This document shows positions 13,100 through 26,024 of a DNA stretch of 64,000 nucleotides, piece after piece; positions within the stretch are counted from its first letter, which is position 1, and each line of letters begins with the position of its first letter. Made by a program: the position numbers and the translations under genes. The notes below the pieces were generated by a model. It was not told the DNA's origin and did no database searches. It worked only from the letters and a program-made list of their open reading frames with translations. The DNA is from Zygnema circumcarinatum SAG 698-1b (Eukaryota > Plantae > Zygnematophyceae): the NCBI GenBank assembly GCA_037447605.1, contig CM074808.1, positions 558,001 through 622,000 on the forward strand, written 5' to 3'.

Positions 13100-14630
13100 C
13101 GGCTCAGTGCGTGGCTGAGAGGAGGAGCGAAGGATTGCGGCTGAGGTCGGCATTCTTGGTATTCACAGTAGGAACGATGAGTGACCTTAAGCACATTATA
13201 CTCCTCCAACTTCATCCACTTGTCGTGCAAACTTGGGTGCGTAGGGTAGCCATGATGTCTGACAAGTGAGGGGCATGTGGTGGAGTCGGATGATAGCGGG
13301 CTGGTAGGCAGCCGTGAAGCTTAGCGAACTGCGAGAGTGCCCGAGGAAGGATGTACTTGGCCTCTCCCTCCCCTCAGTAGGAGCTATACTTGGTCTCGGT
13401 TTTGAGCAGACCACAACACCCAAAAGCCCAGCTAGGGTGTTCCCCTCCCGAGAATGCTTGGGCGGCCTTTGCCCCCAAGCACAGCTCGGAGCTCCCGGTC
13501 CCGGCGTCCCGATAGTGGGAAGGGTGGAGATTGAATTGATGCACAAAATGAGGAGCTGGAAGGAGGAGCACTCTTGGCTTGGAAGGCCAAATCTACTGCG
13601 CCGCGGCTCCGTGGTAGTGGACTCGTGCTTCTCCGGGGCATGTAGGGGCAGCGCAGCCAAGGCTGCAGCCCCGCCCAGTAGACGGCGATAGAAGGAGGTG
13701 AGTCCCAACGAAAGACTTAGCTGAGTGAGATTACATTGGAATGGGCATAAGAGTGTCGCTTGATCTTTAGCCGGTATTCGAGAGGCCAGTGATGCGGCGG
13801 TGCAGGAGTAAGAGTGATCTCTGGTGGCCCCATTTGCACTTCTTGGGTGCAATCTTCAGACGCGCACTGATGAGCTGTTGGAGGACTTGGTCAATGTGTT
13901 GCGGTGGGAGGACGGTCGCTGGCGTGGAGGGAGGCATAAATCCGTAAGGTTAGCGAGAGAAGACTTGCGGCGGTAGAACACCTGGTTGGCCGGCTGGAGT
14001 GCGTCGTGGAATTCTTGAGCCGAATGAGCTGCTTGCACAGCGGCGTGGGCACGTCGCGGCCTGTCTTCGCGAAGCCGGTCGGCTGCCCAGCGGGGATTTG
14101 CAAGAAAAAGTTTACGCATGTCCAAGTGCAGAACCACCGGTCATCGGGGCGCGCCGTGGAGAATCAGGTCCACATCCGGTAATGTGTAGGGATCCCACTT
14201 CGTTATTGCATTCAGTTTCCGGTAGTCCCCACAGAAGCGGAGTGTGCCATCCGGCTTTGGGGGCAGAACGGCCGGGCTGGCCCACGGCCCTTCTCCAGGT
14301 TCCATCAATCCGGCGGCCACGTTCTCGTCGATCTGTCGTTCAACATCGGCCTGCTGCGCGGCGGAAAAGCGGTAGGGAGTTAGGGTCATCACGGGAGGCG
14401 CATCCCCCGTATCGATGTGGTGCTCAATCAAGTGAGTCTTGCCGATGTCGAGTGAATGTCGTGCGAAAACTAGGTGATTTCGGCGCAGCACTTGTCGTAG
14501 TTGAGAATGCTTGATCGGGTCTGAGAGGACTGCAGGCCCCAATCGCATCTGCCCCTCTATTTCCAACCACTCCTCATCACTGATGGTCTCATGTGGGGGA
14601 AAGCTGGGTGCAGGTATCACTGGCGGCAAC
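13100..14630 (-). mobile_element. Ty3/Gypsy pol fragment (RT and RNase H), truncated by assembly gap
   Basis: ORF 14141-14629 reads IEHHIDTGDAPPV..PYRFS..GPWASPAVL..KPDGTLRFCGDYRKLNAITKWDPYTLP. ORF 13196-13852 holds a degenerate connection domain NLTQL..LGLTSFYRR..PLH and an RNase H-like YSSY/TEGE remnant. Confidence 0.85.
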
Positions 14631-14682
14631 NNNNNNNNNNGAACGGGCGCGGATCCGTCGAACGCAACTCCGTTACGCTACA

Positions 14683-15000
14683 GGGTTGCCAACCGTTGAC
14701 AACTAGTGTAACAAGCCTGATGCGTACAGATACGTACGAATTCGTACAGCCGAGTCGTATGATTGTACGGAGATTCTGTACGGCCGAACCATAATAGTTT
14801 TCTCCGAAACGCCGACGACATTTTGGTAGCTGTAGCGTTTTAGTGATTTAATGGTTGCCAACCATTTGATTTAATGGATATAACCATTCGACTGGTTGCC
14901 AACCAATGCCGCCAGATCGAAACAACCATTCGACTGATTGCCAACCAATAGACGTCCAATCATTGCCATCCAATGGTTATCCAATGGTTGCCTATCCACT
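14683..15000. repeat. Cluster of GGTTGCCAACC palindromic motifs
   Basis: Copies at ~14684, 14850 (perfect AATGGTTGCCAACCATT), 14894 and 14938, with partial copies to ~14990. Same motif as at 33611 and 45968-46235. Confidence 0.7.
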
Positions 15001-16899
15001 GGTCCGAGCTGTGAATTGTTGTTGCTAGTTTCCTGTTTCTAGCCGTTCGATACAGTGTTCTGAGATCGTTGGATTATGCCGTGCCCATAACAATGGGTGC
15101 TGTGGCACTTAGCCACAAAGTTACGCTTTACGGTAGTTAACGTTTCGTGCTTAGGTCATTTGCGACGAGTTCGTCGTGGTTCCCCATGATGCTGATGTTG
15201 TCCATGTACATGTGATGGCATCATCGCCATCGTGAGATCAATGCCACATCCCTCATTCCCTTTACGCTATTATTAATTATCCATTTATTTTAAAAACTAC
15301 TGCGGAGATGACGTTCAATGTCACAGAAACGAATGTGTACGAGGCACGTCAAGCAAAGCAATGCAATAATATTAAGGCAAGCACCGGGGTCAGACGGAAG
15401 GCCGACTATATCCATATCTAAAATCTGCTTTTTCCTTTAGAGACACTTGCCGTTGAAGATGAAGAAAAACTCTTTGGATTTCTGCACTGTCTTAAAAGGC
15501 ATAATTCACCTGTGTGTCATGAGTACCTGGCAAAATGTAGGCGCTAGACGTACCCAATTGGCGAGAAATTCACGACCAAAGTCAATTCGAGGAATTTAAG
15601 AGAGAGAGGGAGGGAGAGAGAGAGTGGGAAAGAATACAAACAGAATTCGTCCATACATAGTTGCTTCCTTCGCGTCTTGAGTCACCCTACGAACCTGTCC
15701 GCAACATTGTGAGGAGAGAAGCGAGAAAGGAGATGGGAGAGATACATGCAACAAGGAGCAGGGCCAATAGAGAGAGGGAAACAGAGAGGGGGAGGAGAAG
15801 AAACAGATAGAGAAAGAGGAAATGAGAGAGAGAGCCTCGAGCAGCTCAATCATATAGCTCATCTATCGTATGACCCACACAGACCATGAAAGCAAAACTT
15901 ATCGTAATCGACGACATTGACAGCAGCTACCTCCTCTGATAACTTATGTAAAAGAAAGCGAAACAAAAAAGCAAGCATGAATTACGCTGGAAGATAACAA
16001 GGAAAATAAAAAACCTGCAGGCCCTTTCTGATGAAACAAAACAAAGGGCAGTCTGTTACCTTGTTGCATGCAGCAAATCCTTCATCACTTAAAAATTATT
16101 ACCAAAATATTTATCAAACCAACAAAAGCAAAGTGCTTGAAAGGAAAACGAGCAGAGACTGCTCCTTAGGAAAACGACTCCAATAGAGTATACACGACGC
16201 AAATGTTAGCGTGTCTGTGCGAAGCGTCCAGGTCTTTCACTCAATACGTCCGCACTCCATATGCATGACAACAAAATTTCGTCAAAAAAGGTCCCATTCA
16301 AGCGTCTCAGCTTTCTGGATTGCACCTTGACGAAAACTCCGCCGTGAACACAATAGACATTCCTGGTTCGAGAGGCTTCGCCAGCCTGCAGACGAAATCG
16401 TCACCACCTTTTCTAAAGAGTAGAACTGCACTTGACTCTCCACACAAGAGGATATCACATCAATATAAACTTCCTCAACACCAGCTCAAGCACTACAGGA
16501 ACCTCCAACCTGCTTCCCTGCAAGAATGTTGCTTGCAAAGCACACACGTCCACGCGATTCAAATCCGTGCGTCAAAGTCGCCATCATTGCGTCATTGTCA
16601 TGTAGGCGGTTGAATATCCGAGACTTTCTAAGCACTTGCATACATTCACCTTTACAAGTCAAGTGCTCTGAATCCACGCTTTGCGTGCAGGACCGGCACT
16701 CGCCCGCAGGCTGACAAGAACACCATAAACAGCAAATCCAATCCTTTCAGGACCTACCCTCGTGGTTTCTCCAACTTTTTCGGGCAGACCGCAAAAATAT
16801 TTCTCCGCCTCCCAAGAACGAACGTCGCCGATCAATTGAAACATTCTTCGGCCACAAGTCGAGGGCAGGTACGGTCCGAGGCGCTTCGCACTTGCGGTT

Positions 16900-17290
16900 T
16901 TCACACGTGTAAACTTGACCGTATGTTGTCGAAAAAGGTCGCTGGAGCCAATGATTCGGGTCCGTCACACGTGTACTTTATCGCACGTGTGGTGTTCACA
17001 CAGTGAACCCTTCCATCCCTACCGTACGTTGTCGGAAAAAGTCGCTGGAGCCAATGATATGGGTCCGTCACACGTGTAGTCCCTTTGGGCCCTTGTCGCC
17101 GCGGCTCGCCGCGGTGTGCGCAGCGACACGTGTCGTCAAAGGAGCGGATGTCCTCGGGCGGAGCGTCAGCCAATCAGAGCGCAGGAAATGGTACCCGATG
17201 TCATCACGTGGTTATATGTGGATTTCTGATTGGCTGGGAGAAGTGGAAGCCAGTAGATATGAGCCACGTGGCGTGTAGCATCCAATCGGC
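16900..17290. promoter_or_regulatory. G-box/CCAAT-rich region upstream of GS with a 56-bp direct repeat
   Basis: Seven CACGTG hexamers (16904, 16968, 16984, 17071, 17127, 17205, 17265) and several CCAAT boxes. 16920-16975 is nearly identical to 17023-17078. Confidence 0.5.
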
Positions 17291-17802
17291 AGCGTCAGGT
17301 CCGTAGTGATTTTGTCTGCTGACGTTTTTCTGGTTCATTTGTGGGGGGCGGCCGTACGGAATTGCCCGGGGAAAAAATGTATTTTTTGAGGATATACCCG
17401 TTTTGTACCCGTCGTTAGTGCGCTTTTTCTTGAGGCATTTTGTGGTTCGGATCGGTTTGCTCTGGAAAGTTTGTAGCTTGCTGACGTACAATCGACAGGT
17501 TTGCGGCTTTACGATCCATTTCCGGTTTCTGCAACGTCAGCGCCAAACCTTGATCAACAAAGAAATTTTGATCGTCCGGTCATGGTTTCAAAAGTTTTAG
17601 TCCTGACCCGTGGGCAGGCAGAAACGTTTTGAGGACCCCCCCCCCCCCCCCCCCNNNNNNNNNNCCCCCCCCCCCCCCCCGCTGTGCAGTAAAATTTACC
17701 TTCCAGAGCTCCTGGTTTCCTGCAGCAATTGTCGCAGGACCTGCACAAGGCAGAGCAGCACTCCAACCAATCTCCTGCAGCTGGAGCCTCCTCTCGGCAG
17801 CC

Positions 17803-20800
17803 ATGGCCAACCTTTTGGACTTGCAGAAGCTCGAAGTTCCCGCGCCCTTCGTCATTGCCGAATACATTTGGTGAGGGCGGTAGACAGGGACGCTCTGCTG
17901 ATGTGAAGTGAAGTCGAAATCAAAACATTTTGCTGGATTTGATTATCGTGCCTTCTTGGCGAGGATTGACACGACGTTTTTAATCTGTGCGTTGCAGGAT
18001 TGGAGGAAGCGGCATTGATCTGCGCAGCAAAGCCAGAGTATGAAACTTCTACAGTTCCTGACAGGAGCCGTCATTTTAAATGATTCACTCGCTCTTTTGG
18101 CGGCTAAATGTTTAGAGAGCTTTGGGAAGTTTGGATCGGCCTCTGGCTTCTAGATCATGTTTGCAGTGAAACAGAAGATCTTCTAATAGAATGATAGCGC
18201 GTGCTTCCGCTGCGGCTTGCAGACCCTCAAGGGACCGATCACTGATCCGACGCAGTTGCCGAAATGGAACTACGATGGTTCCAGCACAGGCCAGGCTCCC
18301 GGAGAAGACAGTGAAGTCATTCTCTAGTAAGGCTTTCACGAATTCGAAGTTCTCGGAGTTCGCTTGTATTTTGATTTCACTTGCCGCTCTATGTATTGGA
18401 TTCTCAATTCATGCTAGAGCTGCTTAACTTGTATCTCTGAGCTCATATGACATGAAATGAAATCTTTGCTGAAGCGATTTGTCTGCTGCATTGCTGAATT
18501 GTTTCCTCTGCTCTCCATTCTGGATGGATGTTTAGTTTTGTCTCTCTTGTGCGTGCATGTCCTTTTCTCTCTCAGTTTTTATGGTTATTTTTGGCACTGA
18601 ACACTGTTGCTGTTTTGCAGCCCGCAAGCAATCTTCAAGGACCCGTTCCGCGGAGGAGATAACATTCTGGTAGGGTTCGTTCGAGCCTTTCTTCTACGGC
18701 TTGGAGAATTGTTTAAGTAATTTAGGAACTTTTTTTTGCCAGACGCCAAATTTGTCTCTTCTCATCGGCTGGTTTTTCAATGCAGGTCATGTGCGACTGT
18801 TACACACCTGCTGGAGAGCCCATTCCCACCAACAAGCGCTTTGCAGCGGCTGAGATATTTGAGAAAGTGAAGGATCACGTGACATGGTAAGTAAACCTGC
18901 CTGTCATTTCTGACTCGTCTTGTCGGTGTCCTCATTGACCTAATTCTTCATCTCATTTTTTGTTTCAACCTTTCAGCTTGGTGGATTTCGAGTCGAATAG
19001 CAAAGCAATGTGTGGATGTCGTTTAAATTCTGACTGACAAAAGAACTTAAATTCGGTTCCTTTTTTTTTTGGCAGGTTCGGTATTGAGCAAGAATACACT
19101 CTTTTGGCGGTACGTTTTTATAGATTTTAGCCCAAGTTTTCGTTGTATTCATGCCATACATTTCGTATGGAGTGTTGGAAGTTGATGGGTTGTCTTGTGT
19201 GTACGTGTAATCCATAGTTAAATGTTTGGGCTTGCTGTTGTTTGAGCTGTGGCAGAAGGACAAATGGCCCCTTGGCTGGCCTACCGGTGGATTTCCTGGA
19301 CCTCAAGTCAGTGTTCTCCTTTCCGGAACGCCTGGAATGTTGTCTCGTTTGATCTAGTACTGGCTTTCTGATTTTGTTTCCTGCAAGCTGAAGTGGAAGC
19401 TGATTGTGCACTTTAAGAGATTGACTGAGAAACTCTTGCCTTCACGTTTTGTCCGGTTCCTGGTTTTCTGTTGCTGAACTTTCATGTCGGACCCTGCTTA
19501 CATTGCTTATAATCACAGTACGCTTTTCACGTTGGAGCTCACTGCCAGTTTGTATCAAATGCAGGGTCCATACTATTGTGGCATCGGAGCAGATAAGGCG
19601 TGGGGTCGGGATATTGTAGATGCGCACTACAAAGCCTGCGTCTATGCTGGCATCCAGATCAGTGGAGTGAATGGAGAAGTGATGCCAGGACAGGTAAGTC
19701 TTCTGTATCCTGTCTTGATAACGTCTTCTTGCTTCCTGCGAGCATTTGAGGCTGTGGTTTGTGCTGTTCTTTGGCATTCTTAATGTACATTATAGGGCTT
19801 AGACGCTCTTGTTCGGGTTCGCTTAACTTATTGGAAAAGCTTAGACTTTGCTTGAACTCTCGTGGACTCTCGCCAATCTGATCAATACTCCTGTATTCAA
19901 TATCTTGCAGTGGGAGTACCAAGTGGGCCCTTGTGTTGGCATTTCCAGCGGTGATCAGTTGTGGGTGTCGCGCTACCTTCTCGAGGTATGCACCCGATTA
20001 GGATGTTTTGATGTTGATTGTAGAGCAGTGTATTTATTTTTCCTGATCGTATAGAAGCTTTCTCATTCTTCATATGAAATATGTTTCAGTTCACTACGTT
20101 TTGTTTCCCGTCCACGTTACTTCAAATGCTTGTCATGTTCTGTTTTGCCACCTTCATTGTGAAATTGTGCTTTGAAATTAATTTTCTCAGTCCTATTTTG
20201 CCAGTGTGACAAATCAGTAAATAAAACTGTCTGGGATGACTCAGCTATTTTCTAGTTGATTTCTCGGATTTTCGAATCGTTGGAAGAAATTTCTCATGTT
20301 CTTGCATCAAGGCCACGTTGTCGTACCCTTGCTGAATTTTGCTGGCACCTTTCATTGATCTAGCTTCTCTTTTCGATGAGAATTCAGTGAAAAGCGCATC
20401 AATAACTGCTACAGCTGTATGGTTGAGGTGTATTTGGTTGATCGGGAAAAAAACATGGAATTTGCAGAGGATTACGGAGATTGCTGGAGTTGTCCTCACA
20501 CTTGACCCGAAGCCCATCCCAGTGAGTTGAAAGGACTCCGGGTCTCCCAGTCAAAAAAAAAAAGACTTCTCTTTTTGTTTTTTCCTGATGGTCTATTGCT
20601 TGACAGGTATTTGGAGTTTCATTGTAGTGGTTCTACTTGTCCCGTCTTTTGTACTCCTTTTGGCGTCTGCCATTCCCTCCTGCGGAAACATCTTTTCTGG
20701 TCTATGACATTCTATCCAAAGAGTAGAGGAGACTGACATAGTTTGCTTCAATTGTGCAGGGTGACTGGAATGGTGCAGGTTGCCATACCAACTACAGGTT

Positions 20801-21688
20801 AGTCTCAGCTCAGTTTCAGTAACCATAGTAGCAAACTCTCATCTCTCTCTCTTTCTTTCTCTCTCTCTCTATGGAAGTCCGATACGTGCAGTCGATTCAA
20901 AGTACGCATCCATTTCCTTGTAGTAGTGGTAGTGTATCTTCCTGCCTCGCTGACTGACGTTGCTTCTGTTGTGGCTTCAGCACCAAGGCAATGCGTGAGG
21001 AGGGTGGATATGATCACATCGTCAAGGCTATTGAGAAGCTGGGACTGAAGCACAAGGAGCACATTGCAGCCTATGGAGAGGGTAATGAGCGGCGGCTGAC
21101 AGGCAAACATGAGACTGCTGACATCCACACCTTCTCATGGGTAAGGCTTACTGAAGTTTAGCAAGTTGTGGCCTCCACTGCTCCTTTGGTGGTTTCAAAA
21201 GCGGATACGACTGAATTAGATCATAACTAATTCTCCTCTTGCTAATTTTCGGGTGTTCAGGGTGTTGCTAACCGTGGATGCTCAATCCGTGTTGGCCGTG
21301 ATACTTTTGCCGAGAAAATGGGTACGTTTTGCCGTTTTTTTTCCCCGAGAAACGTTTTAAGGCTTTCAGAGACTTGCTGGAAGGAGTGGTGTGTAGAACC
21401 TGGCGACTAGCAGCAACCCTCTACACTTGCCCAATTACTGATTGCGTTCATTGGAAGAAATGAATCGCTCGGTGTGCAGACTTTCGTGTCTTCCTCTTCC
21501 ATCAGTGCGAGAACCATAGAAAGCTCCAATCTCAAAAAGGTTGATGTTGGTACTCCGTTTCTCTGTTCTCATTTGCAGGTTACTTTGAGGATCGCCGCCC
21601 TGCCTCCAACATGGATCCCTATGTGGTGACGGCCAAAATTGCGGAAACAACCATTCTCTTCAACCCTTGTAAGCCGTTTTTCTTATAA
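17803..21688 (+). CDS. GLN1: Glutamine synthetase, cytosolic GS1-type (GSII), 14 exons, 357 aa
   Basis: GT-AG exons 17803-17870, 17998-18037, 18223-18326, 18621-18669, 18786-18886, 19076-19109, 19256-19306, 19565-19693, 19911-19985, 20468-20521, 20760-20797, 20981-21140, 21261-21321, 21579-21688 splice to a 1074-nt ORF. It contains [64 protein letters not shown] and [15 protein letters not shown]. No transit peptide. Confidence 0.98.
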
Positions 21689-22904
21689 CCGGGAAGTGAG
21701 TTTATGCAAACTTGTCTATGCGACTTTTTCCAGAACTGGACTCAGTTCTGGAATTCTGGAGTTCAGTTAAGAAGTTTGAATGCCAAGTACTGATATTGAA
21801 AGGTGGCTGATATTTAAAGAAAATGTCACTTTTTCATAGAATCAATTTCTATGAAATGCATTTAAGGCTTTGGGTTCGCCCAGCTTTTAGGGCTTTTTTT
21901 GGATGTGGTGAGGCTGTCTTGAATGTGGACGAAGCACTGGGTGGGTTTATCTCGGTACAGAGATTTGATGCCTTCAAAGAGAGGACGCTTATGTGATGTC
22001 TAAGGTACGATATCTCGAGTACAATTTCAATCTCAATTCAATTCCTATTCCAATTCCTTTCAATTCAAGCGAGAATTAGACGTTAGTTGAAATTGTGAGA
22101 AAGAGATCGAGAGAATTCAGTGGGAGAAACACAGCCTCGATCGTAGTCAAGGGCAGAAACCATGAACCGTTCGTCTGGTTGTTTACATGTGTCAAGCCTT
22201 ACAACAAGTAATCTCTCCCGCTCTCTGTTGCTCCCCTTCATCTCCCCTTCACTTCCTCTTCCCTCCCTCGTCCCCTCCAACTCTCGTCTCTCTCTCTCCC
22301 CCTCGCCGCCCTTCGGCCCCCCGTCTCCCTTCCCTCTGTTGGTCTATCAGTCTGTCTTTATGCAATCGACTTGCTGATCCTCCCAGAATCTTATCATTGT
22401 TCAAAGTTCATGTGAATCTTTTTTGTGGAGCTCACATGCACTGCAGGACGTGGCTGAAACTTTTCCTTTTTCTCATGTCTCTGTAATTACTCTGTATCAG
22501 CTACTTATCTCGTGTTCATTCCTCTGTAATTTCATGTGCAGATTCGCGCATCAACAATCTTGTCAGTCCCGCAGCTTCATGTGGGCACCAGGGGACTGTA
22601 TGTTACGAGCTGAGAAGGCAGAAAGGTGGCAGTTTCCATGTGAATGGTCCACGCCTGCTTGTGAAGTTTAGTGTGTGTAGGACTTACAGGAGGAGTTGTG
22701 CAGGTGTAGTCCAAGACACTGATGTGTCTAGAAGATTTCTTCCTCTCATAGTTATTTCTATTCCAGGTTTATTTCCAACATCTGACGATGCAACTTCGCA
22801 GTTTCAGTTTCTGTAATTTCGTCACTTAAATGTACTTCGGTGCTGTGTATGTTCGTGTTTCTTCGGGTGTTCTCTCATTGGACGGGGGAGTTATGTAGGC
22901 TGAG

Positions 22905-23960
22905 ACGAAAGAGAGAAATTAGATGGGGAGAGAGATAGGGAGAGGGAGAGGGAGGGATCAAGGAGAGAGGAGCGGGAGAGCGGTGAAGGAGATAAAGGGG
23001 TTGGGAGATGGGTTGGGGACCAAGTTCTGGAGAGGGAGAGCGAGTTGAGGGAGGGAGATGGGGCTGCAGGTGGGGACAGGAGTGGGACAGGTGCACAAGG
23101 GAGGAAGGGGGGGATGGGGGAGGGGGGAGGGGGGAGGGGGGGGGGAGGTGGGGAAGAGTGAGGGAACCAGAGAGCTGAAGTGGTGTGAGTGGGAGAGAGA
23201 TAAGTGAAACGGGAGAGGGGTGTGGGGCAGACGAGGGAGGGAAGGGAAGAACGAGGGAATACGGTCAGTGAAAGGGGTGTGGTGCAGACGAGGGTCGGAA
23301 GGGTTGAGGGAAGGGAAGAACGAGGGAATGCGGTCAGTGAAAAGCTGGAGATGGAAGGTAACGCATGCAAGGGGAAGGCGAAGATAGGAACGGGAGGGCG
23401 GGGAGGGGGAAAGAACGAGGGAGCGGAATGAAAGGTGATGGGGAGGGAGGCAGGGTGATCGAGGGGGAAGAGGGAGTCCGTCCTTCATTCCCTTTCCGAC
23501 TTCCTCCCTTTCCCCCACCCGGAAAGGGAATGAAGGACGAAGGCGGGGATGGCTCTGCTGGGGAAAAGGGAGAGAAATGTGGGATGATGGATGAAGGGGG
23601 GGTGGACCGTTGAGTGATGCGAAGCTGAACAGGGGTAAGAGACGAGGAATGAGGAATGAGGGAAAGGAGAGGGGAGGGAGAGGCAGTGGGAGGCGGAGAA
23701 AATGGCACGGAATGGTGAGGAGGGCTTGAGAGGGGGAAGGAGATGGAGAGATAGGGGAGATACAGAGGGGAAGGATGAGACGGAAGGTGGAGAAAAGGGG
23801 AGTGAGAAGGTAGGGAGTTGGAGACGGAGGGGTGTGGGGGAGAAACGGTAAGGAACACCAATGGAAGGTGGGGAGGGGAAGTGCAACGACGAATAGAAGG
23901 AGAGGCGAATGGGGAGGAATGAGAGTGGGAGAGGTGTGCGAGGGATCATAGAGACGAGTG
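22905..23960. repeat. Purine-rich (G/A) low-complexity tract
   Basis: Almost only G/A on the + strand, with a short internal duplication (~23215-23345) and a 20-bp inverted repeat. Confidence 0.8.
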
Positions 23961-24259
23961 AGGGAGGAAAGTGCGTTGAGGCAGAATGTAGTCGTCGTAC
24001 AGTCCTTCCTTGCCGTGCCCTTGGCAAGCACCGCATTAGATATCTTCAGAAACTCGGAACCTTTGAGGGCTCTTTCCCACTAGCGTTGTCCGTAACGCCT
24101 TCCATTGGATTGTGCGTGGAGAGTTCGCTCACGAGCCGGCCGTTCCCTGTGCCCGTTGGCGCCATGGCGTCATCCGCTGTCGCCGCTCTTCCGTCCTGGA
24201 GACATTCAAAGCGAAAGCTCTACTGCTATACCCCCTTGCCCGTTTTGGTGTCCACCCAC

Positions 24260-25265
24260 ATTTACCTCTCTCCCACCCCCCTCCCAGCCCCCTTTATCCC
24301 CTTTCTCGCCTGCCTCTCCCCCTCCCCTCCCTCCACCCTCTTCCTCTCCTTGTACCCTCGAACCGCCGTCGGAGTTCCTGCTCTTGGCCTCCTTCCCCTC
24401 TCCCCGTCCTTCGACCACTCTGCCCCTTCCAGTCCTGGCTTGAAGTTCGAGAACCTCCCTCTCATCCCTCTCTCTCCCTCGTCCCTCCCTCCTCCCTCCC
24501 TCCTCCCTCCCTCCTCCCTCCTCTCTCCTCCCTCCTCCCTCCGTCCTCCCTCCTCCCTCCTCCCTCCTCCCTCCTCCCTCCTCCCTCCTCCGTCCTCCGT
24601 CCTCCGTCCTCCGTCCTCCGTCCTCCGTCCTCCGTCCTCCGTCCTCCGTCCTCCGTCCTCCGTCCTCCGTCCTCCGTCCTCCGTCCTCCGTCCTCCGTCC
24701 TCCGTCCTCCGTCCTCCGTCCTCCGTCCTCCGTCCTCCGTCCTCCGTCCTCCCTCCTCCCTCCTCCCTCCTCCCTCCTCCTCCTCCCTCCTCCCTCCTCC
24801 CTCTCCTCCCCTCCTCCCTCCTCCCTCCCTCCCCTCCTCCCTCCTCCCTCCTCCCTCCTCCCTCCTCCCTCCTCCCTCCTCCCTCTCCCTCCTCCCTCCT
24901 CCCTCCTCCTCCTCCCTCCTCCCTCCTCCCTCCTCCCTCCTCCTCCTCCTCCCTCCTCCCTTCCTCCTCCCTCCTCCCTCCTCCCTCCTCCTCCTCCTCC
25001 TCCCTCTCCCTCCTCCCTCCTCCCTCCTCCCTCCTCCCTCCTCCCTCCCTCCCTCCTCCCTCCCTCCTCCTCCCTCCTCCCTCCTCCCTCCTCCCTCCTC
25101 CTCCTCCCTCCTCCTCTCCCTCCTCCTCCTCCTCTCCCTCCTCCTCCTCCCTCCTCCCTCCTCCCTCCTCCTCCTCCCTCCTCCCTCCCTCCCTCCTCCC
25201 TCCTCCCTCCTCCCTCACTCCCTCCTCCTCCTCCTCCTCCTCCTCCTTCCTTTCCCTCGCCCTTC
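24260..25265. repeat. Pyrimidine-rich simple repeat (CCT/CCCT, with (CCTCCGT)n core)
   Basis: Heptamer CCTCCGT in tandem at ~24586-24750, embedded in a CCT/CCCT run. Confidence 0.9.
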
Positions 25266-26024
25266 CCATCTCAGAAACTTGCATAAAACAAGCTGAACAA
25301 CCAGTGCAAGCACAGAGACAGTCACAAAGTGTTAACGAGAAAGATTACATGGGAATGACAACTCGCCACCTCTATGTGCGCCTATGGAGGCTCGTATACC
25401 GAAAATGTTGAGAATTGAGTTCAGGGTTCAAAAAGCAAGTTGTTTACAGTCCGCCCCATTTAACCACTCTGGCACCTCTGTCGATACAAGTACGCATAGA
25501 CACTGCTAATCCATGAAACTCATCCCTCCGTCAACCTGCACTTCTCTCGTAGTAGTGACTCGAACTATTAAAAAAATGTGCTAATTTCTTTATTTCTCGG
25601 TAGTCTCACCATGGCTAAGATAAATAAACAATCGAATCAGCAGAATTGCTGGCAAAGTTAAGGAGCCTACAACGCCCCAGTTCCACACTCATCTATGAAA
25701 GCCCACATTTCTCTGACACAAATAATCAAGAATAAAAATGAATACCACGTTGTTGGCACACCTCTCCTTCTACTTTTCCATCATTCCCTACTTCTGCAGA
25801 AGCAGCAATCTGAGGCTATGAATTTCGATACTCTGCTCAGGTTGAGCCGGCACTTGAAAGGCGCCCTCCCTCCTGCTAGACGTCTTGAAATCCCGATCAC
25901 CAGGCAATGCAGCATCCCAATGTATTCTTCTCTAGTCCACCCTCTGACTGCACAGTTCCTTCGCAGATCCACCTTCAGTCAAATCCTCCACCTTAAAGGA
26001 TCAACCGCCTTCAGCCGCAACCGA

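Noticed and set aside
15100-16750. Possible minus-strand gene divergent from GS
   Set aside because: Only short ORFs with no recognisable motif or consistent exon chain.
17636-17680. Poly-C tract upstream of GS
   Set aside because: It flanks an N gap, so its length and reality cannot be judged.
22875-25411. 350-500 aa Pro/Ser/Leu- or Gly/Glu/Arg-rich ORFs
   Set aside because: Translations of simple-sequence tracts, open in many frames, with no signal peptide or codon structure.
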